DNA from: Planctomycetota bacterium
GTDB taxonomy: Bacteria > Planctomycetota > UBA1135 > JACQFD01
Direction: 5' to 3'
NCBI GenBank assembly: GCA_016792805.1
Contig: JAEUHX010000058.1
Span: 76,228 to 140,227, forward strand
DNA length: 64,000 bases
Under the pieces are notes generated by a model. The model was not told where the DNA came from. It made no database searches and was given only the letters and a program-made list of their open reading frames with translations. A program made the position numbers and the translations under genes. Shown in pieces: positions 28,095 to 35,928 of the stretch (positions are counted from its first letter, which is position 1; the number at the start of each line of letters is the position of its first letter).

Positions 28095-28817
28095 ATGAGC
28101 ATTTTGATCGTCCACAGCGATTCCAAGTATGCCGTTAGCGCCTCCTTCCGTCGGCCGCGCGAGGGCCCAGAGCTGGACCTCTTGGAGTCGTTCCTTCGGG
28201 CGATGCCGCTAGAGATCCCAGATGGTTGCCGCGCGACCGTATTTCGGGAGCCGCGCCTAGAGTCGGGCTTCCCGGACTTGGTGATCGTCGTGTGGCACCT
28301 CGCGACAGCCAAAGCGTGGAGCGCTCAGAGGAAAGCAGTTGAGCCCCGCGACTTGCGGTTGATGCACTACCTGCATCAGGTGCGCTGGGCGACGACAGCG
28401 GACCTGGAAGAACGCTTCAGCCGGCGCGCAGCAGCCGGCGGTTTGGAGCGCTTGCAGCAAGCGAACATGATCCGACGCGCCGGAGATTCGTGGACACCGC
28501 GCGCGCTGAGGGCTTCGTTCGCTGCGACCAAGATCATCGCCATCGAGGCAAAGGTAGATCGATGGTCCGACGCGATCGCACAGGCGGTTCTCAACACCTG
28601 GTTCGCGTCGAAGTCCTACGTGCTCGTTCCGAATGCACCGTCGTCCGAGCTTCTCCATGCGGCGAAGCGCTTTGGTCTCGGTGTTTGCTCGCTCAACAAG
28701 GAGTCAGTCCGAGAGGTCGCGACCCCTAATGGCGGTCTCCCGCGATCGTATGCCTCCTGGCTATTGAACGAGTGGGCTTGGCAAGCATGGAGAGGTGCCA
28801 AGGACTCGCCTGAATGA
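28095..28817 (+). CDS. PD-(D/E)xK nuclease-fold protein with an inserted winged-helix domain
   Basis: 240 aa. GFPDLVIVVW (Asp at 28275-28277) and IIAIEAKVDRW (E-x-K at 28545-28553). Between them lies a wHTH-like segment, DLRLMHYLHQVRWATTADLEERFSRRAAAGGLERLQQANMIRR. Confidence 0.7.
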   Translation: MSILIVHSDSKYAVSASFRRPREGPELDLLESFLRAMPLEIPDGCRATVFREPRLESGFPDLVIVVWHLATAKAWSAQRKAVEPRDLRLMHYLHQVRWATTADLEERFSRRAAAGGLERLQQANMIRRAGDSWTPRALRASFAATKIIAIEAKVDRWSDAIAQAVLNTWFASKSYVLVPNAPSSELLHAAKRFGLGVCSLNKESVREVATPNGGLPRSYASWLLNEWAWQAWRGAKDSPE

Positions 28818-29677
28818 ACGGAGCTTCCCAAGTCACTTCGGCATGGCTCGCAATCAACTTCCCTGACCTCCAGGGCATTCAACCGCTATCGAGAGGAGGT
28901 CAAAAGGAGGTGTTCTCCGCGAAGCACAATGGGAACGGCGAAGTTGTGCTGAAGCTGATGCACCCGAACTCCGATGTCGAGCGAACGAAGCGCGAACTCC
29001 TGGCCGTCGCGAAAGTCAGGTCCCCGCGTGTGCCCGTGATCTTTGACCAAGGCAGCATCACCACGCCCGTCGGCGATTGCTTCTGGTTTCGCGAACAACG
29101 CGTCGCCGGTCAGTCGGTTAGAGCACGACTTGCGGGTGGTGCGATGTCCACCGCGGAAGTGCTCCGCCTTGGCCTTCACATCTCGGAAGCACTGCTCGCC
29201 GCAGAAAGCGTCGGGATCGTCCATAGGGACGTAAAACCCGACAACATCATTCTCGACCCGCACGGAGCATTCTGGCTCATCGACTTTGGACTCGCGCGGC
29301 ACCTGGGCCTCGAGTCACTGACCGCGACCGCCAACGCCTTCGGTCATGTAACGTGGGGATACGCACCGTTGGAGCAGTGCAGGAACCTCAAGCAGGAGAT
29401 CGATTCAAGGGCTGACCTGTTCGCGCTCGGAGTGACGCTGTACGAGTGCGCCACAGGTGCCAATCCGTTCCGAGTCGGCGCTGGAAACGTCCTCGACATT
29501 CTGAAACGGGTTGAGCAGGGACAACTCGCGAGACTGAACCTGAGCTTCCCTTCGTCGAGCACCTTCGCGGATCTTGTGTCGGCTCTGACTCAGAAGCAGA
29601 GGGTGCATCGCCCTCAATCGGTCAAAGATGCGTACGACTGGATCAAGGACATCTGCGCAGCGGAGGGAGTGCAATGA
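28814..29677 (+). CDS. Stand-alone Hanks-type Ser/Thr protein kinase (catalytic domain only)
   Basis: VVLKLM (catalytic Lys), HRDVKPDNIIL, DFG (LIDFGLAR), YAPLEQ, DLFALGVTLYE. The start overlaps the upstream stop codon (ATGA). Confidence 0.9.
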   Translation: MNGASQVTSAWLAINFPDLQGIQPLSRGGQKEVFSAKHNGNGEVVLKLMHPNSDVERTKRELLAVAKVRSPRVPVIFDQGSITTPVGDCFWFREQRVAGQSVRARLAGGAMSTAEVLRLGLHISEALLAAESVGIVHRDVKPDNIILDPHGAFWLIDFGLARHLGLESLTATANAFGHVTWGYAPLEQCRNLKQEIDSRADLFALGVTLYECATGANPFRVGAGNVLDILKRVEQGQLARLNLSFPSSSTFADLVSALTQKQRVHRPQSVKDAYDWIKDICAAEGVQ

Positions 29678-29678
29678 A

Positions 29679-30965
29679 ATGGAACTGTATCTGCACGTCG
29701 GGATGTTCACGGTGCGCCGCCGTGCGCGTCTACTGGCGCGAACGAGGTCTCGACTAATGGAGCTGTACCTTCAGTTCGGATACGGAATGATGGAGCACTG
29801 CCGACACCTTCTCGAATCATGGGACGGGGGAACGGCCATCCTGAGTCCGCGCGATCTAAGCGACGGCCAGTTGCGCAAGATTTCGTCCACGATTCACGAC
29901 ATCGAAGGAGGTCGAGTGCTCCTAGATCCGCAGTTCTATCTCCCGCACGCGGATCATGAGCGCCTATGCTCTCACGACTATTGGCCCGCCGACTTTGAGA
30001 GTGGCACGTTCTTTCAGGGCGCCGCGCTTCGGACTTTGCTCACCAAGCTCAAGGTGCTGAATGACGCGCTCGACGCCGACGCGATCATTCTGCCGGGGCT
30101 GCTCGCGAGCGAGATCGGCGACGCTTGGCTCGAGACGCAGCGCGCAATGATCGAGGCATCGCGTGAGACGTTCAAAGGGCAATCTGTCTTGGCGACGATC
30201 GCTCTCAGTGCGGACGCCACGAAGAATCTCGAGCAGGTTGCGACTCTCTTGGAAGCTGCACCAGGTTGGAAGGCCGACGGGTACTACGTCGTGTGCGAGC
30301 ATCCGAACGGCGACTACCTCGTGAAGGACCCCAATTGGATTGCTAATGTACTGGACCTGGCAGCGGGACTTCGGCTCGCAGGAGCGCAAGTCGTTCTTGG
30401 ATACTGCAACCATCAGATGCTTGCAGCGTCCGTCTCCAAGGTAAATGCGATTTGCTCCGGGACCTGGATGAACGTCAGATCGTTTCCTCCGGACAAGTTC
30501 CGCAGCGCATACGATGAGGAGATCAAACAGCGTGCGACTTGGTACTACTGCCCGCAAGCCCTCTCGGAATACAAAGTGCCATTCCTAGATATCGCGCAAC
30601 GGCAAGGTGTCTTACAACGGATGGCACCGCCCGAGCATCTGGATGGTGGCTACGCCTCTCACCTGTTTAGCGGCCCTCAACCCACCACAGTTGGCTTCAC
30701 CGAGCAGGCCGCATTTCGACACTACTTGCACTGTCTCCGTGCGCAGGCCCAAGCCGCTAGCGCTGCGACATACGATGAAACTCGGGCGAATCACGAAGCC
30801 CTGCTCGATGGAGCAGAGACGCTCCTCAGCACTTTGGTTACCGCCGGAGTGAGAGGTCAGCAGCGCGACTTCACAGAGAGCCTCGACGTGAATCGGGCGG
30901 CGCTCGCCGTTCTAGATTCGACGCGCGGACCCATTATGCGGCGGCGGTGGGGCGGAATTGAATAA
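29679..30965 (+). CDS. Uncharacterised protein of about 400-430 aa, with an alternating beta/alpha pattern (possibly TIM-barrel-like) and a helical C-terminus
   Basis: The first ATG lies 1 nt after the kinase stop codon. A second in-frame ATG at 29757 repeats the same MELYL start. I recognise no family motif. Hydrophobic strands recur: LYLQFGYGM, GTAILSPRDL, RVLLDPQFY, AIILPGLL, VLATIAL, GYYVVCEH, VVLGYCNHQ. Confidence 0.7.
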   Translation: MELYLHVGMFTVRRRARLLARTRSRLMELYLQFGYGMMEHCRHLLESWDGGTAILSPRDLSDGQLRKISSTIHDIEGGRVLLDPQFYLPHADHERLCSHDYWPADFESGTFFQGAALRTLLTKLKVLNDALDADAIILPGLLASEIGDAWLETQRAMIEASRETFKGQSVLATIALSADATKNLEQVATLLEAAPGWKADGYYVVCEHPNGDYLVKDPNWIANVLDLAAGLRLAGAQVVLGYCNHQMLAASVSKVNAICSGTWMNVRSFPPDKFRSAYDEEIKQRATWYYCPQALSEYKVPFLDIAQRQGVLQRMAPPEHLDGGYASHLFSGPQPTTVGFTEQAAFRHYLHCLRAQAQAASAATYDETRANHEALLDGAETLLSTLVTAGVRGQQRDFTESLDVNRAALAVLDSTRGPIMRRRWGGIE

Positions 30966-30977
30966 TTGCGGATGTCC

Positions 30978-30998
30978 ACACGGCGTTGGCAACCGTGT
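30978..30998 (+). terminator. Hairpin just after the stop codon of the 29679..30965 gene
   Basis: acacgg-cgttggcaa-ccgtgt, 13 nt downstream of the TAA. There is no U-tract, so the call is weak. Confidence 0.3.
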
Positions 30999-31541
30999 TA
31001 ACAACGAACGCCCCCGCACAGAAGTGTCCGGTGCGAAGGGGCTGTCAAGGGACGCGAAGTCTTGCACACTTAGGGGACGTCTAGTTTTACGCACTGGGGA
31101 TTGATGGGGAGGTCCAGTGGCCTGGGGGATTCGGGGAGATTTGTGTTCTCCGGAGCGTGGGGCAGCCGCAGGCGCCCTCATGGGGCGCCTTGTAGTGCTC
31201 CCCTGGAGTCAAGCCGGGTGACACCGAACGTTCACTGATCAGCCTCCTCGGCGTCCTCGGGGCCGAGACCCCGAGGATGCCGAGCTCACGGGTCCTGCAA
31301 TTCTCTGCGACTTTGCGCTCGCTGGGCACTCCCGAGGTTGCCTCACGGGCGACCCAGGAACTTAGAGGAGCGGTATAAGATTCGACATTTCCACGGGCGT
31401 CTCCTCTCCGAATACGGAGGGACGGGATTACGCCCGACACCTGCGTGGAATGGATGGCCGGAACCCGTGGAATGAAGCGTCGCGCAGGCCGAAGAGTCAC
31501 AAAATTTAACGAGCATCTCAAGCTGACATCTTCACTCGCAA

Positions 31542-31925
31542 TTACGCAACTTCTTTGCAGGTCACGGGCCCGACGGGACAGTCCGTTGGCCGGTTCCGGT
31601 TCCAGGTCGCGATAAGGGTCGCGCGATTCTGTTTATGCCATTCGCGAATCGTCTTAGTCCACTTGCGTAGTGCCCCGCCGACGAGAGGATTGCCGCTGCA
31701 GATCTCAAAGGAAGCGTCCTCCCCTTGGTACTCAACGTGGAAGTGTGGAGGACCGTGCTCCCTCGAGCGAACAGTGATGCGGAGGCCGTCGACCTGATCG
31801 ACAAGCTCTTTTTCGGTAAGCGTCGACTCGCGCTCCTCGATAGGACCGCTACGGAATTCGAGGTCGAGCGATTGAAGCGCGACACCTGCCACTTGAAAAA
31901 CGAGGTCAGTATTGTGGTCACACAT
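31542..31925 (-). CDS. DUF4160 domain protein
   Basis: LRITVRSREHGPPHFHVEYQGEDASFEI...REWHKQNRATLIATW matches the DUF4160 signature (H.PPHFHV). Confidence 0.75.
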   Translation of the reverse strand: MCDHNTDLVFQVAGVALQSLDLEFRSGPIEERESTLTEKELVDQVDGLRITVRSREHGPPHFHVEYQGEDASFEICSGNPLVGGALRKWTKTIREWHKQNRATLIATWNRNRPTDCPVGPVTCKEVA

Positions 31926-31966
31926 AGAGGGTCAACTTGGAAGATCTAATCGAGATTCTAGCGATA

Positions 31967-32551
31967 CTAATTCGACGACGCCGGAGCGTGCCGCCACAGA
32001 ATACGAGCAGCGGCACGGCGCCGGGCGCGAACCTGATCATCCGGTGATGTCGCGTTTGCGCAGGCATCGAGTTCGGACTCAAACTCCTGCTCCAATAGCC
32101 GGGCCGCGCGGACAACAGTTCTTACACTCGGGTGGACTCCCAGGCTACGCGTGAGTAAGTCGTGAGCAAATTGGGCGAACGGCCAGATTCGAACATTGAC
32201 ACTTAGCACGTGGGCCGCAAGGCTCTCTGCGGACCCGTCACTATCCGACACAGAATCGCGCTCGAATTCTTGGCGTAGTGCAGCCACGTCATCGACAAAC
32301 TCGCCAAACCTCCGCGGGGCGTCGTCATCAGCAGGCCCCGTCAATAAGGGTGACTCAGCTTTCAGTCGGCGCAGGTAATGAACGAACGCGTTCAGAATTA
32401 TCTCTCGCGCGCGCTCGGCGTCGATCTGACTAGATGGAATCGAGAGAGCGTTGAGAAGTCGGGTCAGTACGTGGTTTGGATTTGTATGTAGCGGCATGGC
32501 ATTTCCTTGCATTGTGGATATAGCGTATCTGCTTATTTGCTTCCCAGTCAC
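31967..32551 (-). CDS. Hypothetical all-helical protein (start uncertain: 32551, 32512 or 32497)
   Basis: 194-aa ORF between the NTPase and DUF4160 genes on the same strand. Composition is helix-rich and there is an acidic linker. I recognise no motif. Confidence 0.55.
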   Translation of the reverse strand: MTGKQISRYAISTMQGNAMPLHTNPNHVLTRLLNALSIPSSQIDAERAREIILNAFVHYLRRLKAESPLLTGPADDDAPRRFGEFVDDVAALRQEFERDSVSDSDGSAESLAAHVLSVNVRIWPFAQFAHDLLTRSLGVHPSVRTVVRAARLLEQEFESELDACANATSPDDQVRARRRAAARILWRHAPASSN

Positions 32552-32623
32552 GATCAGTCACTGATATCTGTGATAAATATTATGGGGGAAAAGACAGAAC
32601 CAGTTCGCGCTCTTGCGAATTCG

Positions 32624-34903
32624 CTAGCGAAGGCGCGCTCCAACCTCTCGGATGGCGTCTTCGACTTCCCGAATGACCTCCATTACGAACTCATTTCGAC
32701 CTGGCGATGGAGTAACATTCGGGATCGGGGCGGCTGGATCGTAGATATCGATGCCAATAATGTGCGCACGTATGTAGCTCGAGCCTTTGCCTCGCTGGTC
32801 GTACGCTGTTGTCCACTTGCCAGACTTCTCTTCCCAAACTCTTCGGCGAGCAAGTCGGAGCATTCTCTGACTGATATTCTCGGCCAAAGCATTGTACATA
32901 TTCTGCTTCTCGTCGTCAGTGGGACTTCCGCCTTCCCATTGCCGTGGACTCTGCAGAAACACAAATATCTTGTCAAGGAGGTCTTTGCGCAGGCTCGCAA
33001 CCGGCCTCAACGAATCGTACTCGTCCGCGACCCCTGTCGCGAGGCGCCGAGCAAGCGCCTTGATTCTCGTCCAGTGCTCTTTGAGGATGCCAGCTTTTTG
33101 TTGCAATCCAAGCAGCGGAAACCAGGAGTCGTGGAAGGCCTCCGCCGCTGCCTTCACGGCAAGTACAAGATTGATGCGGTCATAGACTGGTCTGGCGTGT
33201 CCAGGCTCTGTCGGTTCACTGACCGCCTCAATCGAAGCGATTAGTTTCTCGATTTGCTTAATCGTGCGCACACCGTCTTTTTCGTTGGAGGAAAGTGGCC
33301 TGTTAATCCCACCCAGGAATACACGTGCCGATTCAATTCGCTGACGCAGAGCTCGTTCTGCAAACGGTCCGAGCTCCTCACCAATGGCAGCAAGGACATT
33401 TTCGGCAGATGCGAGGACGTGCTCAGTCTTGGCCGTGGCGGTAGGAAGATTGTCTCCCATGACTTCGTCAAAGTGAGTAAATGCGACGACGAGCTTTCGT
33501 GCGTTTCCCGAGGAGACTATTTCGCGCATTGCGGCAATGGGTGCCGCCTGCATCGGCTGCTTCGCGCTATCTACAAGCACGATCGCGTCAGTCTCATTGA
33601 TCCGCCTCATCAGCGACGTTGAAAGTGCCGTGGATGGGTTAGGTACGTGACCTAATCCTTCTCCGTCGAGCAAGACAAACCGAGGCTGCGCTCCATGGGC
33701 CCATTTCGGCGAGAACGGACCGGCAACGCGAACTCCGCTCACCAGTGGCGTCATCAAGTAGCCGAAAAGCGGAGCATAGTTGCTCGAAAAGCAGGCGATG
33801 GCTTGCATGAACTCCTCGCGTTCGTGAGTCGGCCATCGTGAATGCCAGGCGATTGGCCAGCCTTGTCTGCTTCGCGTTACTTTTCCCTCTGGAAGCACGT
33901 CAAATCGCTTTTCAATTTCGTCTATTAGTTCATCCGCTAGTGAGTGTGCAACCTCATTGTCTCTGAGGCGAGAGTCAAGTTCCTCTTCGAACATCTCGTC
34001 GATGATACGTTCATCACCTCCCTGCGCATCCAATTCAGCTCGAGCATTCGAGCCCAGCTCCTTGGCAAGTGCGCGGATTTCCTGAACTGCGCGATCGAGC
34101 AACGAGTTGGTAGCATCGAGATTGATAGAAACTTGAGCTCTTCGGAGGTAGTGATCAGTTGGACCGGCCGAGGACGTCGCGCCAACACATTCGTCATCCT
34201 CGAAATCATTACCCGCCTTGGTAGAGCCGTTCCCGAGAACATAGCTGAAGCGAAATCGCTGATTCACATGGTTGAGGAGCCTACGCAGAATCTCCGCATC
34301 GCGCGCGCCCCGGTAAGCCGTGAGCACCGCGGCCGAGATGCACTCGTTCATGTATTCACGAACCTCATCGATCGAAACAAATGTTACGACGGCGCGCCAT
34401 TCATCCTCGTCCAGGATGATTTCAGTATCGTGTACTGTCGTTTTCGCAGTCGATGTAGAGGGAAACCGTTCTGTTTCAGGGTCTGTTCCTATGAGTTGAC
34501 GGACTAGGGTCGTTTTTCCTGCGCCGGTTGTCCCAATGAGTAGGACTCGGCGATAACCAGTGGCTTCACCCGGTAGTGGTATTAGGAGCTCTCGGAGTGC
34601 CGCATGATCGTCTCCGTCTGGCTCGACGCCGTCGTAGAAGATCTCAACAACACGTGAGTCGAATCTGTGGGATGCGTCAGCGCGCGCTGCTGCGCTGTGG
34701 AAGGACTTATCCTCGAGGATCTCGTTGAGCTGTCCGACTAGGCGTTCAGCCTCTCCACGATCTCGAGTCCCGAGTCCGCGTCTTACTCGGAGCCCGAGCT
34801 TGCCGGTGGCGCGGTCATGCCTCAGGGGATGTCTAAAGATGATTGACCAGCCAGCGCGTCCTTGCGATTGGCTGAGACTTGCTTCGTGTGTCGTTCGTGC
34901 CAT
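32624..34903 (-). CDS. 759-aa P-loop NTPase with an integrase Arm-like N-terminal domain and a long helical insertion
   Basis: Walker A LLIGTTGAGKTTL at 34511-34534. A distal RFVLLDGEGLGH (Walker B or G3-like) is preceded by PLVSGV at ABC-signature-like spacing. VVAFTHFDEV is G4-like. The N-terminus GWSIIFRHPLRHDRATGKLGLRVRRGLGTRDRGEAERLVGQLNEIL resembles arm-type DNA-binding domains. Confidence 0.8.
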   Translation of the reverse strand: MARTTHEASLSQSQGRAGWSIIFRHPLRHDRATGKLGLRVRRGLGTRDRGEAERLVGQLNEILEDKSFHSAAARADASHRFDSRVVEIFYDGVEPDGDDHAALRELLIPLPGEATGYRRVLLIGTTGAGKTTLVRQLIGTDPETERFPSTSTAKTTVHDTEIILDEDEWRAVVTFVSIDEVREYMNECISAAVLTAYRGARDAEILRRLLNHVNQRFRFSYVLGNGSTKAGNDFEDDECVGATSSAGPTDHYLRRAQVSINLDATNSLLDRAVQEIRALAKELGSNARAELDAQGGDERIIDEMFEEELDSRLRDNEVAHSLADELIDEIEKRFDVLPEGKVTRSRQGWPIAWHSRWPTHEREEFMQAIACFSSNYAPLFGYLMTPLVSGVRVAGPFSPKWAHGAQPRFVLLDGEGLGHVPNPSTALSTSLMRRINETDAIVLVDSAKQPMQAAPIAAMREIVSSGNARKLVVAFTHFDEVMGDNLPTATAKTEHVLASAENVLAAIGEELGPFAERALRQRIESARVFLGGINRPLSSNEKDGVRTIKQIEKLIASIEAVSEPTEPGHARPVYDRINLVLAVKAAAEAFHDSWFPLLGLQQKAGILKEHWTRIKALARRLATGVADEYDSLRPVASLRKDLLDKIFVFLQSPRQWEGGSPTDDEKQNMYNALAENISQRMLRLARRRVWEEKSGKWTTAYDQRGKGSSYIRAHIIGIDIYDPAAPIPNVTPSPGRNEFVMEVIREVEDAIREVGARLR

Positions 34904-35130
34904 GCTGAAATCCGTTGTTCAGGTGTTGTTCCGGAGCATATACCTCGGCCGAACGCGTGTCAAGGGAGTTTGGAACAACCGCAGAACAACAGCAGCGTCG
35001 GGAATTAGTCCGGCTTTCGAGTTGGCTCGCAACCAGAGCCGAGACCCCGCCTGCCGTGGAAGTGAATCGGGTCCTGGGTCCAATTACCGCAGTGGAGGCA
35101 TCGATCTACATGTCGAAATCTAGGCAGTTC

Positions 35131-35158
35131 TTGACAAATTCCGCCAAGTATTTATGCT
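35131..35158 (+). promoter_or_regulatory. Sigma70-like promoter for parDE
   Basis: TTGACA (35131-35136), a 16-nt spacer, then TATGCT (35153-35158). This would give a near-leaderless parD transcript (ATG at 35166). Confidence 0.35.
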
Positions 35159-35165
35159 TTTGCCT

Positions 35166-35447
35166 ATGGCAACCGACAAGAACATCACGACGCTCAACAT
35201 CTCCCTGCCTGAATCCATGAAGTCCTTCGTCGAACACGAGGTCTCTGAGGGAGGCTACACCTCGGCCAGCGAGTATGTGCGCGAGCTCGTTCGTCGTGCC
35301 AAGCGAGAGCGCGAAGAGCAGGAGAACTTGGAGAAGCTGATTCTCGAGGGCCTCGGTTCTGGGCCCGCGACCGAAGTCACCCCGGAATATTGGAAGCAGC
35401 TCAAGGGCAAGCTCGCTGCGCGACACGCGAAAAGGCAGGGCCGATGA
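35166..35447 (+). CDS. parD: ParD-family (RHH) type II antitoxin
   Basis: MATDKNITTLNISLPESMKSFVEHEVSEGGYTSASEYVRELVRRAK is typical of ParD/CC2985-type antitoxins. Confidence 0.85.
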   Translation: MATDKNITTLNISLPESMKSFVEHEVSEGGYTSASEYVRELVRRAKREREEQENLEKLILEGLGSGPATEVTPEYWKQLKGKLAARHAKRQGR

Positions 35448-35761
35448 GGTTGCGCTCTGTTATTCGGCCGCGCGCGCAAGCCGATATCGAGGAAGCGTTC
35501 GATTACTATGTTCGAGAGGCGGGAATCGAGATAGCCGACCGATTCGTAGACTGCGTCGCTAAGACGCTTGAATTGATCTCGTCCAACCCGTCGATCGGTT
35601 CGCCTCGCAGATGGATGAACCCGAGTCTTTCAAATCTCCGGTCTTGGCATGTGGGCGAGTTCGACAAGTTTCGCGTGTATTACGTGATCCAACCCGAGAC
35701 GATCGAAGTTGTCAGAGTTCTTCACGGCGCACGTGAAGTGCGGGAGTTGCTCAGCGAATAG
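35444..35761 (+). CDS. parE: ParE/RelE-family type II toxin
   Basis: The ATG overlaps the parD stop codon (ATGA). MRLRSVIRPRAQADIEEAFDYY...FRVYYVIQPETIEVVRVLHGARE. Confidence 0.85.
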   Translation: MRLRSVIRPRAQADIEEAFDYYVREAGIEIADRFVDCVAKTLELISSNPSIGSPRRWMNPSLSNLRSWHVGEFDKFRVYYVIQPETIEVVRVLHGAREVRELLSE

Positions 35762-35928
35762 TAATATGCGGTGTCGAGCTCCGGTGATTCGGGATTTGAG
35801 CGGACCTCGACCCACTCGAGATCGGCTGAAATCGGGGAAGCCCGGTGAAATGCGCAGATCGCATCCCGATTCATGAGGGCCTATCCGAAACAGTCCTCAG
35901 AAATATTGGCAAATTGAGCCCGCCCGCC

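Larger units (their letters stand above)
27447..35800. mobile_element. Putative genomic (defence/conflict) island downstream of tRNA-Gly. No integrase and no clean att repeat were found.
   Basis: Visibly lower GC: the 60-nt line at 33241 is 47% GC and the line at 32521 about 40%, compared with 62-72% in the flanks. The island lies next to a tRNA gene. It contains a nuclease-like protein, a kinase, a P-loop NTPase, a DUF4160 protein and ParDE, between core metabolic genes. Confidence 0.5.

Noticed and set aside
31087-31521. 144-aa minus-strand ORF in the gap between the two island operons.
   Set aside because: Its composition is Arg/Pro/Ser-rich and it has no family resemblance. The region is better explained by stable RNA-type helices or by a decayed element.
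32624-34903. The possibility that the island's missing integrase is the 759-aa protein, because its N-terminus resembles an integrase arm-type DNA-binding domain.
   Set aside because: There is no tyrosine-recombinase catalytic region (no R...HxxR...Y pattern). The rest of the protein is a P-loop NTPase. I therefore did not call it an integrase or a mobility gene.
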